A DNA stretch of 64,000 bases. Origin: Thainema sp. Lineage in GTDB: Bacteria > Cyanobacteriota > Cyanobacteriia > Phormidesmidales > Phormidesmidaceae. The stretch is from NCBI GenBank assembly GCA_052168235.1, contig JBQLZK010000002.1:256001-320000 (forward strand), in the 5' to 3' direction. Of the stretch, positions 28,451 to 37,523 are shown one piece after another. Each line of letters begins with the position of its first letter. Positions within the stretch are counted from its first letter, which is position 1. The position numbers were made by a program, and so were the translations under genes. The notes below the pieces were generated by a model, which was not told the DNA's origin, did no database searches, and saw only the letters and a program-made list of their open reading frames with translations.

Positions 28451-29398
28451 TCAGGACTCGCGCGGAATTGACCGTCGGTACATCTCACAGAGGTGGGCAA
28501 TCACATCAATCAGCGTTAGCCGATAATCCATCAAAATTTCCTCGCTGCGGCCCTCTAGCTGGAGCTGTTTCGAGAATTCGTCCATCAGCTCCATATGAAT
28601 TTCGACGATCTGAGAAACTGACACATCTGCAAAGAAGGCCGTGTTGATATACTCATCGATGTGCTGATTCGTCTTTTCGCTGTCAGAAAAATAGGTCAAC
28701 ACGATCTCACGATAACGCCGACTGAGATCTGACAAGAACTCTTGGCGTTCATCGGGACTCATATGTCGCAGGAAATACTGGGGATTTCGTTTGTAGTACA
28801 CACCAAGATAACCAAGCCGCTCCTTCAATTTAGAAGCTAGACGTCGTTGTTGTAGAACCAGGGACGTTTGCTGTGTTGCGCCTAAGCTAGCGCTGAGATG
28901 AGGCAACAGTTGGCTAGAGGGCAAATCTAGAAACTGGTCGATTGCCCGATGGATGCCCGCCTCCAGTGATTGCGGTTCTAATTGCTGAATCAGCAGCAAA
29001 CCATCGTGATAGTGGGTGCGTAATGTCTCAACGGTCGGATTTGTGGTCTGCGAACTGGGGCGAGCGTGGGTACTGACATCGGTGCTGGAGCTTTGATTGG
29101 ATCGGGCATTTTCATAGTCAGATGTTTGAGCTATTCGGGCATCTGCTTGAACGTTCAACACCACGATCGGCAAGAGTACGTGACGTGCCTTGAGGTCGCT
29201 CAACAACGCCAACAAATCAGGAGAGTTCTCTAGTACTAAGCAGTCAATATGATGTAAGTTGTCCTCCGTTAGACCCATCAGTTCCGACTGAGACCCTATG
29301 AAGTCCAACGTATGTCGCTGATGGTCAAGATGCTCAATTAACAACTGAGAGAGCGCATCAGAGTAAATAAAAATGCATAGTGAGAGCTTAGATGACAA
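28451..29398 (-). CDS. kaiA: Circadian clock protein KaiA (full length, with N-terminal pseudo-receiver)
   Basis: KLKERLGYLGVYYKRNP and DYRLTLIDVIAHLCEMYRRSIPRE; TTG start. Confidence 0.96.
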   Translation of the reverse strand: MSSKLSLCIFIYSDALSQLLIEHLDHQRHTLDFIGSQSELMGLTEDNLHHIDCLVLENSPDLLALLSDLKARHVLLPIVVLNVQADARIAQTSDYENARSNQSSSTDVSTHARPSSQTTNPTVETLRTHYHDGLLLIQQLEPQSLEAGIHRAIDQFLDLPSSQLLPHLSASLGATQQTSLVLQQRRLASKLKERLGYLGVYYKRNPQYFLRHMSPDERQEFLSDLSRRYREIVLTYFSDSEKTNQHIDEYINTAFFADVSVSQIVEIHMELMDEFSKQLQLEGRSEEILMDYRLTLIDVIAHLCEMYRRSIPRES

Positions 29399-30246
29399 AA
29401 TCTTACAAAACCTAACGTAGACAGATTCCGCGATCGCGGCACATCTAGTCTAGATGAAACGATCTTGGAGTAAATACAGAATTATTTAATATTCATTGTA
29501 GTCGGAAAACTCTGCCAATCTGGCTCGCGAGTCAGATTGAATCCTGATTTAAAGGTGGAGAGGTGCCCACATGCTACGCTGCACCCGAGATGCGCCGTTG
29601 TGTCTGCTGCGGCAACGGCAAAATCGATGGGAGTCCTCACGGGAGGCTGGATTCTTAAATGTTCTAATGTTTCTGGGCGATTTAGTTATCTAGGTGTTTC
29701 CATAGGGTAGGTAGCAAAGCTCAAGCCAGTTTTCTAACGCTCCGCTGGGAATATGTTATCTACGGATGCTTAAACAACCTATCGGGATTTGAATAAGGTT
29801 TAAGTCTATCTGGCAAATATCTGACAAGGATGACAAGCAGGATTAGGATAAACGGGTAGTAATAGTTTTCATGGGCTTGTCTGTGAGCAGCGGAAGTATA
29901 TATCGGCTAGAGCTAGGCTAGATCTGCTTAATCTAACTTAATCTGCTTAATCTGATCGATATTTAACTGCGCTTAATCAGATGAATCGATAGTGTTAGAT
30001 GACGAGTCTTAGATAACAAGTCGGGTCTAGATCGCGCTGCTCGAAGTGGTTCTCTAGGTCGTGAAATCTCTAGGTGGTGAGCTGAAGTAAACTGACAAGT
30101 CGCAGTGAGGGGATCCTGCGATCGCAACTCTATCTGATGCGCTGCCTAATGCACGTCAATGATTCGCCTAATCTAAGCTGCTTATCTAAATCTAATTTCT
30201 AATTCACTGGCGGAATTAATAACCGTCTGGATGTTCTGGGGCTAGA

Positions 30247-33200
30247 TTGACAACTGCTATGACATTGCCCAACCTACGGCAATTTATTGAACCCGTTCCA
30301 AGCTGCTATCGGCATGACTGTTTGGAGCAGGTTTTTCAATGGCTGCAATCCGACGGAGTGCAAAACTCCGCCTTTAATACGGTTGTCATTCTAGATGCTG
30401 ATCATTACCCGATTGGCACCATCCGCCCCCTGTCCTTGGTCACATGGCTGATCAATCACCTGCCGTCGTTCAGCGATTGGCATATTACTCTTGAGCAGTT
30501 TATCGCCACTCAGGCTCAACCAAACTTGATTCAGCCAGTTACGGTGGTTTCGGTGGCCTTACCGATTAGCCAACTGCCGATTCACGACCTGCCGCCTGAT
30601 ACGGCCCATTTGGCCGTGGTGGATCAGAATGATCACTATTTGGGGCTGGTAAATCTCACGCGGTTGATCCAATCAACCCGCGCTGAACTCAATCAGCCGT
30701 CCTGGTTGCCGCCCAAGCGTTCGTCTGGACAAGTCAAAGCACGGCAGGCTTCGCAGCCGCTACCGATTGGCTATGAGTCAATCTCGTTACAAACTGAGGC
30801 GCTCGAAGCCCTCAGCGACCACGAGCCGTGGGTACAGATCTTTGACCGTGTCCCCATTCCGCTCATGCTGCAAACTGAGCATGGGCAGGTACTCAAGCGG
30901 AATCGAGTTTGGCGATCGCAAGTTGGCGATGTCACCTATGCGGCAGCAATTCATCCAGAGGCCATTCCGTCGCCCCAGTTTTCTAACTCACCCGAGCATC
31001 GTCCCTCAACGCGATCTGATCAGCGAGCGGACGATTCATCCGGCATCCACTTATCCCAACCTGTCCAGCCGTCATCGACCGCTAAACCAACTCGTTCTAC
31101 ATCGATGCCGGAGCCGGAGCGGACATTTCTGACCACTAGCAGTACCACTAGCAGCACGACTAGCATGACCGCAGGGTCTGCTACTGCCCGCCAGATCCCT
31201 GACGGCTTGCCCGTGGGCTATTGCCAGTTGGAAGCCGAAACTAATACTCACCTGTGCGCCTGCCTTAATCAAGATGGCGAGGTGCATGTTTGGCGATTCG
31301 TGCGGATCGATTTGGGCTTTTCGGCGCAGCAGCTCCTGACAGTAGCGGATCAGATGCCGCTGATATCAGCTGCTTTGGCGTCCTCTACTGTGTTGCCTCC
31401 CCCCTTAGCTACTCAAATCGGCGATTCCCAGGTGCAACAGCACCATCAGATCGTAAATGAGACAGAATTGCTGCCGCTTTCGAACGCACTTCTATCGGAG
31501 CGGGTCTGGCTCGTGGTGGCGCAGGATACGACGACTCAGCGGCAGTTGAGCCAAGAACTTGCGGCCAAGAATGCTGATTTGGTACAGCTCAATCGGTTTA
31601 AGGACGAGTTTTTGGCCTGCATTAGCCATGAGCTGAAAACGCCGTTGACGGCTGTGCTGGGTCTGTCGCATCTGTTGAAGAATCAGGCTTTGGGGCAGTT
31701 GAACCAGCGACAGGCTCGCTATACCCATTTGATTCATGAAAGCAGTCGTCATCTGATGGCGATTGTGAATGACATTCTCGATTTGACGCGGATTGAGACA
31801 GGACAGCTTGACTTAAATTTTGTGCCGATTACGCTGCGAACGGTTTGTGACAAGGCAATTCGGCAAGCTTACAGTATGGTGCAGCTTGTCGCTCCCCAAA
31901 GTTCAACATCGGCATCCTCCGCGCCTCCTGTGGGCCAATCTGATCCAGCGGCTGCTACGTCCTTAGAGGCAGAAACCGGCAGTGCGCGATCGCAACAGAT
32001 CATCCTCGACATTGATCCCAAAATTCACACCATGTATGCTGATGAGCTGCGGCTCCAGCAGATGTTGACTCACCTATTGAGCAACGCGCTGAAGTTTACG
32101 GAACTCGGCGATCAGACTGGACTGAGAGTTCGGCTATGGGACGGCTGGATTGCTTTTACGGTTTGGGATACGGGAATTGGCATTCCTCAGAAAAAGCAGC
32201 ATCTGATTTTTCAGAAATTTCAGCAGCTTGAGAATCCTCTGACTCGTCAGGTCGGTGGCACCGGATTGGGATTGGTTTTAACCCAGCGGCTGGCGCGGCT
32301 GCATGGGGGAGATGTGACGTTTACGTCTACCGAGGGCGAGGGCAGCGAGTTTACGCTGCTGCTGCCGCCTGCACCACCTCAGGAGCAGCTCAATCTCAAC
32401 CTGGACTTGGCGATGGCGATTCATCAACCGTCGCCTAATCGGCTAGTGCTGATTGTGGAAGCCGTGCCGCGATTTTTAGAAGACCTGCATGAGAAAGTGG
32501 CCCAGTTGGGCTATCGAGTTGCGATCGCACGATCTGGCCCAGAAGCTCTGGAAAAAATTCGTCGCTTACAGCCGTGCGCCATTTTTGTGAATCCACTGTT
32601 GCCGATGCTGTCCGGTTGGGATTTGCTGACGCTGCTTAAAACAGATGAAGATACCTGTCGGTTACCCGTAATCATGACCGGGACACCTGTGGAAGAGGAA
32701 CAGGCGATCGCTTGCGGAGCGGATAGCTTCCTCACGCTGCCTGTGCAAACGACTCTGTTGCAAACTGTGCTCGATCGGCTGGAGGAACCGGAGGAGCCGA
32801 ACGAGAGCCTGAACAATCTACAGGGAATTACCGCGCTGTATCTGGGGGCAGACTTGACGCTGACCAATCCGGCGGCCTATCCAACGTCGCTCAGCGGTCA
32901 GCTCAATCAGTTGCTTCATACCCACCACTGCCACGTGCTGGAGGCGGATGATCTAGATCAAGCTGAAATGCTAGCGCGGGTCTGGAAACCCAATGTGCTG
33001 CTGATTGGTACGCTGTCGGTTGATCCGCTGGTCTACCTACAGCAGCTCAGCGACCACGAATTTCTGTCTACGCTGCCAATTGTGCCGCTGACGCCAGAGT
33101 TTGCCACGGTAATCGATCAGGTGCCCCAACTGCGGCTGTTCCCCTATCAGCCCAATGCGATCGCAACTTCCATTTCGGTTCATTTGGACGGCAAAGCCCT

Positions 33201-33792
33201 ATTGCGAATGATTCAAACCGCTGTCGGACTGACCCATCAGCCCCATATTTGTCTGCTTGATCCCGCAATGCTCAGCGCTAGCCAACCAGATTCTGTTAAG
33301 GATGTGACTGAACATTCAGGTCGCGATCGCACCGTTCATCCCAGTACCGCTAGCCCAACTCATGCGGCAAAAATCGATGCGGCTAAAGGTTTGGTCACCC
33401 TGGCCCATTATTTGCAAGCCTCAGGCATTCAGGCTCAAATTGGTCAAACTTGGCAGTCCGTGGAGCAGCAGGTTTATCATCACACTACCGATCTGCTGCT
33501 AATTTCACTTCAGCCCAACTGGAGCCAATCCAATCTGCTGCATAAACTGAGCCAATTCCGACAGAGCAAAAACTGTCCGCTGATTTTGGCCATCATGAGT
33601 TCTGCGATCGCATCTGACCAAGAAGGACAGGAAAGCTTGACCGAGCTGCGTCGTCTTTGTCAGATGATCGTACCGGCTTCCATCCCGGTGCGAGAGTTGC
33701 TCAATCAAATTCATCAGCTCTTGAGTCACGGTTACGGAACTCAATCAGTTCCAAATGATGCCGAAACAATTCATAATAAAACCCCAGAATAG
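30247..33792 (+). CDS. Hybrid sensor histidine kinase with N-terminal CBS-like region and degenerate C-terminal receiver domains
   Basis: FLACISHELKTPL H-box, LLSNALKFT, DTGIGI and GTGLGL; exact start uncertain (ATG at 30259 possible). Confidence 0.9.
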   Translation: MTTAMTLPNLRQFIEPVPSCYRHDCLEQVFQWLQSDGVQNSAFNTVVILDADHYPIGTIRPLSLVTWLINHLPSFSDWHITLEQFIATQAQPNLIQPVTVVSVALPISQLPIHDLPPDTAHLAVVDQNDHYLGLVNLTRLIQSTRAELNQPSWLPPKRSSGQVKARQASQPLPIGYESISLQTEALEALSDHEPWVQIFDRVPIPLMLQTEHGQVLKRNRVWRSQVGDVTYAAAIHPEAIPSPQFSNSPEHRPSTRSDQRADDSSGIHLSQPVQPSSTAKPTRSTSMPEPERTFLTTSSTTSSTTSMTAGSATARQIPDGLPVGYCQLEAETNTHLCACLNQDGEVHVWRFVRIDLGFSAQQLLTVADQMPLISAALASSTVLPPPLATQIGDSQVQQHHQIVNETELLPLSNALLSERVWLVVAQDTTTQRQLSQELAAKNADLVQLNRFKDEFLACISHELKTPLTAVLGLSHLLKNQALGQLNQRQARYTHLIHESSRHLMAIVNDILDLTRIETGQLDLNFVPITLRTVCDKAIRQAYSMVQLVAPQSSTSASSAPPVGQSDPAAATSLEAETGSARSQQIILDIDPKIHTMYADELRLQQMLTHLLSNALKFTELGDQTGLRVRLWDGWIAFTVWDTGIGIPQKKQHLIFQKFQQLENPLTRQVGGTGLGLVLTQRLARLHGGDVTFTSTEGEGSEFTLLLPPAPPQEQLNLNLDLAMAIHQPSPNRLVLIVEAVPRFLEDLHEKVAQLGYRVAIARSGPEALEKIRRLQPCAIFVNPLLPMLSGWDLLTLLKTDEDTCRLPVIMTGTPVEEEQAIACGADSFLTLPVQTTLLQTVLDRLEEPEEPNESLNNLQGITALYLGADLTLTNPAAYPTSLSGQLNQLLHTHHCHVLEADDLDQAEMLARVWKPNVLLIGTLSVDPLVYLQQLSDHEFLSTLPIVPLTPEFATVIDQVPQLRLFPYQPNAIATSISVHLDGKALLRMIQTAVGLTHQPHICLLDPAMLSASQPDSVKDVTEHSGRDRTVHPSTASPTHAAKIDAAKGLVTLAHYLQASGIQAQIGQTWQSVEQQVYHHTTDLLLISLQPNWSQSNLLHKLSQFRQSKNCPLILAIMSSAIASDQEGQESLTELRRLCQMIVPASIPVRELLNQIHQLLSHGYGTQSVPNDAETIHNKTPE

Positions 33793-33839
33793 GATTAGCC
33801 GGTACGCAATGCGTACCGGCTAATCCTATTCTGGGGTTT
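33779..33839. terminator. Perfect 30-bp-arm palindrome between convergent genes
   Basis: AAACCCCAGAATAGGATTAGCCGGTACGCA-a-TGCGTACCGGCTAATCCTATTCTGGGGTTT. Confidence 0.8.
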
Positions 33840-33851
33840 AGAATGCTGCTA

Positions 33852-34253
33852 CTATTCTGCTTTGGCATCAAAGTCGAGGGATGCCGAGTTGATGCAGTAG
33901 CGTAAGCCCGTTGGCTGAGGGCCATCCGGGAAAACGTGCCCTAAATGCGCATCACATTTGGCACATAGCACCTCGGTGCGGCGCATGAAAAAGCTGTTGT
34001 CAGTCTCTTCCGCCACGTTTTCGCCTTCAATCGGAGCCCAGAAGCTCGGCCAGCCCGTGCCAGAATCAAACTTTGTCTCTGAGCTAAACAAAGGAGTACC
34101 GCAGCAGACGCACTTGTAAGTACCCGATTTCTTATTATCGTGATACTTGCCGGTGAAAGCCCGCTCGGTTCCTTTTTTGCGTGTTACCTTGTACTGCTCA
34201 GGCGTGAGCTGCTCTTTCCATTCAGAGTCTGATTTTTGAAGCTTGGTTTCCAT
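33852..34253 (-). CDS. msrB: Peptide-methionine (R)-S-oxide reductase
   Basis: [29 protein letters not shown] and RYCINSASL. Confidence 0.97.
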   Translation of the reverse strand: METKLQKSDSEWKEQLTPEQYKVTRKKGTERAFTGKYHDNKKSGTYKCVCCGTPLFSSETKFDSGTGWPSFWAPIEGENVAEETDNSFFMRRTEVLCAKCDAHLGHVFPDGPQPTGLRYCINSASLDFDAKAE

Positions 34254-34401
34254 AATGTTTGGTTAGTATCTCCGTCTGTAGTGTTTATCGTAACGAAATG
34301 TTATGGCGAAATCAGGTGCGGGTTTCCACCAGCAATCTACCGAATGCTCTACATGTTGCCGCTGATAGCTTAAAATTCCGTCGCTGATAGCTTAGATTTT
34401 T

Positions 34402-35223
34402 ATGAGTCCTTTGCCCACGTTCCGCTTCTCAACCGATTTGCTTGGTCATTACCGCTGGCTGAGTCAGCAGGACTTAACCGTTATCGATGTCGAAACTACG
34501 GGTTCGCGTCCGCCCCACCACCGCGTGATTGAGATCTCAGTTCTGCGCACCAATTTGCGAGACGGCATTCTGGATCAGCAAACCCACCTGCTTCAACCCG
34601 GTGTAGCCATCCCAGAACGAATTGTCCAGTTTACGGGCATTACCCCTGCCATGTTGACCAATGCCGCTACGCCGGAGCAGATTTGGCCTAGCTTATTGCC
34701 CTTGCTCTCCAATGGCATTCTTACGGCTCACAATATTCAGTTTGACTACAGCTTTTTGCAGGCCGAATATAGTCGGCTTCAACTGGCTTATCACCGTGAT
34801 GACGCTGATCTTTTTTGTACTGTACGCCTTGCTCGGCTGATGTTGGCTGATTTGCCTTCCCGCAGCTTGCCCGATCTCGTTCAACATTTCCAGTTCCCAA
34901 TTGCCAAATCCCATCGCGCTGCTGCTGACACGCTAGCCTGCTGGTACCTTGCACAGCACCTGCTCACCCGTATTCAGAACGACGATGAGCAGACCCTCTT
35001 GGACTGTATTGGGCAAGAATGGCTGCCGATTCAAATGGTTACGCCTCTGTTTGGCTGCTCTCGCCGTAGGGCAAAGGCCATGCTTGAAGCGGCTGGTGTG
35101 CCGACTCGATCTTCTCGTCGCCGCAAAGCGCCGATGTATCGGCGGCAGGATATTGAGCAGTTTTATTGGCAGCGGCAGGAGGGGCTGGCTGCGTCTGGGG
35201 AGGAGCAGTTGGTGGGAGGGTAG
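34402..35223 (+). CDS. DEDDh 3'-5' exonuclease (DnaQ-like) with a C-terminal HTH-like extension
   Basis: VIDVETTG, AHNIQFD and HRAAADT. Confidence 0.9.
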   Translation: MSPLPTFRFSTDLLGHYRWLSQQDLTVIDVETTGSRPPHHRVIEISVLRTNLRDGILDQQTHLLQPGVAIPERIVQFTGITPAMLTNAATPEQIWPSLLPLLSNGILTAHNIQFDYSFLQAEYSRLQLAYHRDDADLFCTVRLARLMLADLPSRSLPDLVQHFQFPIAKSHRAAADTLACWYLAQHLLTRIQNDDEQTLLDCIGQEWLPIQMVTPLFGCSRRRAKAMLEAAGVPTRSSRRRKAPMYRRQDIEQFYWQRQEGLAASGEEQLVGG

Positions 35224-35526
35224 GAGAGTGGGAGGAGGACAGGTTGGGAATGGGGTTGGAGGTGGATTAGGACGTTAAACGTTCACTTTTTATTTCTTGA
35301 TTGTCTAAAAATATTTAAAGAGGCGCTATAAGGTGGATGGGACTTAGGTTGTAAGTCCTTGTATGTGGTGCTTAATTTTTATAGGTTTTGTCTGTTCTCA
35401 TCTGAGGTTCGGTTAAAACCCGATGGTTTCTTTTCTGTGAAAGCTGGGCTGAACCAAGCTTTCACAGAAAAGAAATTGGGTTCTTATACACGGACTTGGA
35501 TATTTGCAGCAATGTTGAGGACGTTC

Positions 35527-35573
35527 TTGACATTGTGTATATTTAACACTTACACTTGGTGTATATTGAACAC
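35527..35573 (+). promoter_or_regulatory. Sigma70-type promoter overlapped by two tandem GTGT-N7-ACAC palindromes (NrtR-type operators)
   Basis: TTGACA at 35527-35532 and TACACT at 35551-35556; boxes at 35535-35549 and 35559-35573. Confidence 0.7.
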
Positions 35574-35580
35574 GAAGGCT

Positions 35581-36405
35581 ATGGATAACCAGTTTGAAAT
35601 TATTGGCGGTTCTGTTCTCGGATGGGAGCATCGGCGGATAGGCCGCAATAATCAAGATGCCTATCACTGGCTGGTGACTAAAGAGGTAATCGTGGCGCTG
35701 GTTTGTGATGGTTGCGGCAGTGGTGCCCATAGCGAAGTGGGAGCGAAGGTTGGGGCTCAGCTGGTAGCCCAGGCTTTTCTCTCGGTGTTGAAGCGGCTGA
35801 ATCCTGCTACCGAGGCGGAGTTTTGGATGCAGGTGCGGCAGATGGTGTTACTGCAGATTCATGATTGGATTTCGGCAATGGGCAGTGAATATCTGCACAC
35901 GTTGCGAGATTACTTTCTGTTCACGACTGTTGGGGCACTGATCACACCCGCGCAAACCTGGATCTTTTCCATTGGTGATGGTGCGATCGCACTGAATGGT
36001 GAACTCACTCCGCTTGGCCCTTTCCCAGACAATGCTCCGCCCTATTTGGCCTATGGTCTGATTCAAGACTATGTTGAAGGACTGACGCCGGAGGATTTGC
36101 GGTTTCAGGTGCATCATCAGGTTGCAACTGCCGAGGTGCAGTCAATTTTGCTCGGTACCGATGGCGTCTTGGACTTGGCGGCACTGGAAGATTCACGGCT
36201 GCCGGGGAAGGAGGAACGGGTTGGCCCGATTGCCCAGTTTTGGCAAGAAGACCGCTATTTCAAAAATCCACTCCGCGTCAGCCGCCAGCTAGCCATGATG
36301 AATTACGAGGCGGTGCAGGTGGACTGGGAGTCGCTCACGCTCAATCGGCGCGGCGGTTTGCTCCCGGACGATACGACGCTGATTGTGATTCGGCGTAAAG
36401 CTTAG
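35581..36405 (+). CDS. PP2C-like protein phosphatase (TerY-P triad type)
   Basis: NNQDA, VCDGCGSG, IGDG, GTDG and DDTT; start placed at MDNQFE, downstream of the promoter. Confidence 0.88.
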   Translation: MDNQFEIIGGSVLGWEHRRIGRNNQDAYHWLVTKEVIVALVCDGCGSGAHSEVGAKVGAQLVAQAFLSVLKRLNPATEAEFWMQVRQMVLLQIHDWISAMGSEYLHTLRDYFLFTTVGALITPAQTWIFSIGDGAIALNGELTPLGPFPDNAPPYLAYGLIQDYVEGLTPEDLRFQVHHQVATAEVQSILLGTDGVLDLAALEDSRLPGKEERVGPIAQFWQEDRYFKNPLRVSRQLAMMNYEAVQVDWESLTLNRRGGLLPDDTTLIVIRRKA

Positions 36406-36448
36406 AGATTATCCACCTCTCACCCATCCACCCCAAAAGGAGGTACCT

Positions 36449-37225
36449 ATGCTTGGTGCGATCGCAGGTGACTTAATTGGTTCTGTTTATGAATTTAATC
36501 CGATTAAAACGAAGGATTTTGAACTGTTTTCCCCTGGCTGTGGCATTACTGACGATTCCATTTTGACAATTGCGATCGCAGATGCCATTCTGCACGATGA
36601 CGATTATCAGGACAAGATTCAGTCTTATGCTCGCCGCTATCCGAATCCGACGGGTAGCTATGGAGCGCGGTTTTCGAAATGGATTTGGTTGGATGATCCG
36701 CAACCCTACAACAGTTGGGGCAATGGCTCGGCGATGCGGGTGAGTGCGGTTGGCTATGCGTTTGATGATTTGGATACGGTGCTGCATGAAGCGAAGCGAA
36801 CTGCGGTTGTGACGCACGATCATCCAGAGGGTATCAAGGGGGCGCAAGCGACGGCGGCGGCGGTGTTTCTGGGTCGCATGGGTCAGTCGAAGGCTGAGAT
36901 TAAAGCTTACATCGAGCAGACGTTTGGCTATGATTTGAGCCGTTCGCTGGATGAGATTCGCCCGACTTATGAGTTTAATGAGTCGTGTCAGAGGACGGTG
37001 CCGGAGGCGATGACGGCGTTTTTGGCATCAACGGATTTTGAGGATGCGATTCGGAATGCGGTGTCGCTGGGGGGGGATTGCGATACGTTGACCTGTATTA
37101 CGGGCGGTGTGGCGCAGGCGTTTTATGGTGGTGTGCCGGATGCGATCGCAACTCAGGTTTTAGGTTATCTGGATGATGATTTGAAGGAAGTTACCGTTAG
37201 GTTTATGGGGCGATTTTGCTCATAA
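36449..37225 (+). CDS. ADP-ribosylglycohydrolase (DraG/ARH family)
   Basis: GAIAGDLIG, TDDS, GNGSAMR and GGDCDT; AGGAGG RBS. Confidence 0.93.
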   Translation: MLGAIAGDLIGSVYEFNPIKTKDFELFSPGCGITDDSILTIAIADAILHDDDYQDKIQSYARRYPNPTGSYGARFSKWIWLDDPQPYNSWGNGSAMRVSAVGYAFDDLDTVLHEAKRTAVVTHDHPEGIKGAQATAAAVFLGRMGQSKAEIKAYIEQTFGYDLSRSLDEIRPTYEFNESCQRTVPEAMTAFLASTDFEDAIRNAVSLGGDCDTLTCITGGVAQAFYGGVPDAIATQVLGYLDDDLKEVTVRFMGRFCS

Positions 37226-37523
37226 GTTGCTCATAAAAACAACGTTGCTTCTGAGGGGACTAGCCCCCTCAGGCTCCCCCACTGGGGCATTCCGCTGCCC
37301 CAGACCCCGGCGGACGAGGTGATCGGTGGGTGGTGTGATGTCGCTTCGCATCGGTGGTGTCGTAAGGACGTTATTTGTTGTGTCTGGGCTTGGCGTGGAA
37401 CGCCAAGTAAGTGCAACACCTATAAGCTTGTCCCCCATTCTTCCTTTCTATCTCTACTGTCTCACTCTTCACTCCTCACGCCTCTCGCCTCACGCCTCAC
37501 GCCTCACTTCATCCCTAACTCCT

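Noticed and set aside
35359..35580. N-terminal 74-aa extension of the PP2C ORF in the track
   Set aside because: Overlaps the predicted promoter and operators and does not look protein-like; ATG 35581 preferred.
37326..37523. N-terminal extension of the kinase ORF
   Set aside because: Runs through hairpins and heptamer repeats; the kinase P-loop follows soon after ATG 37524.
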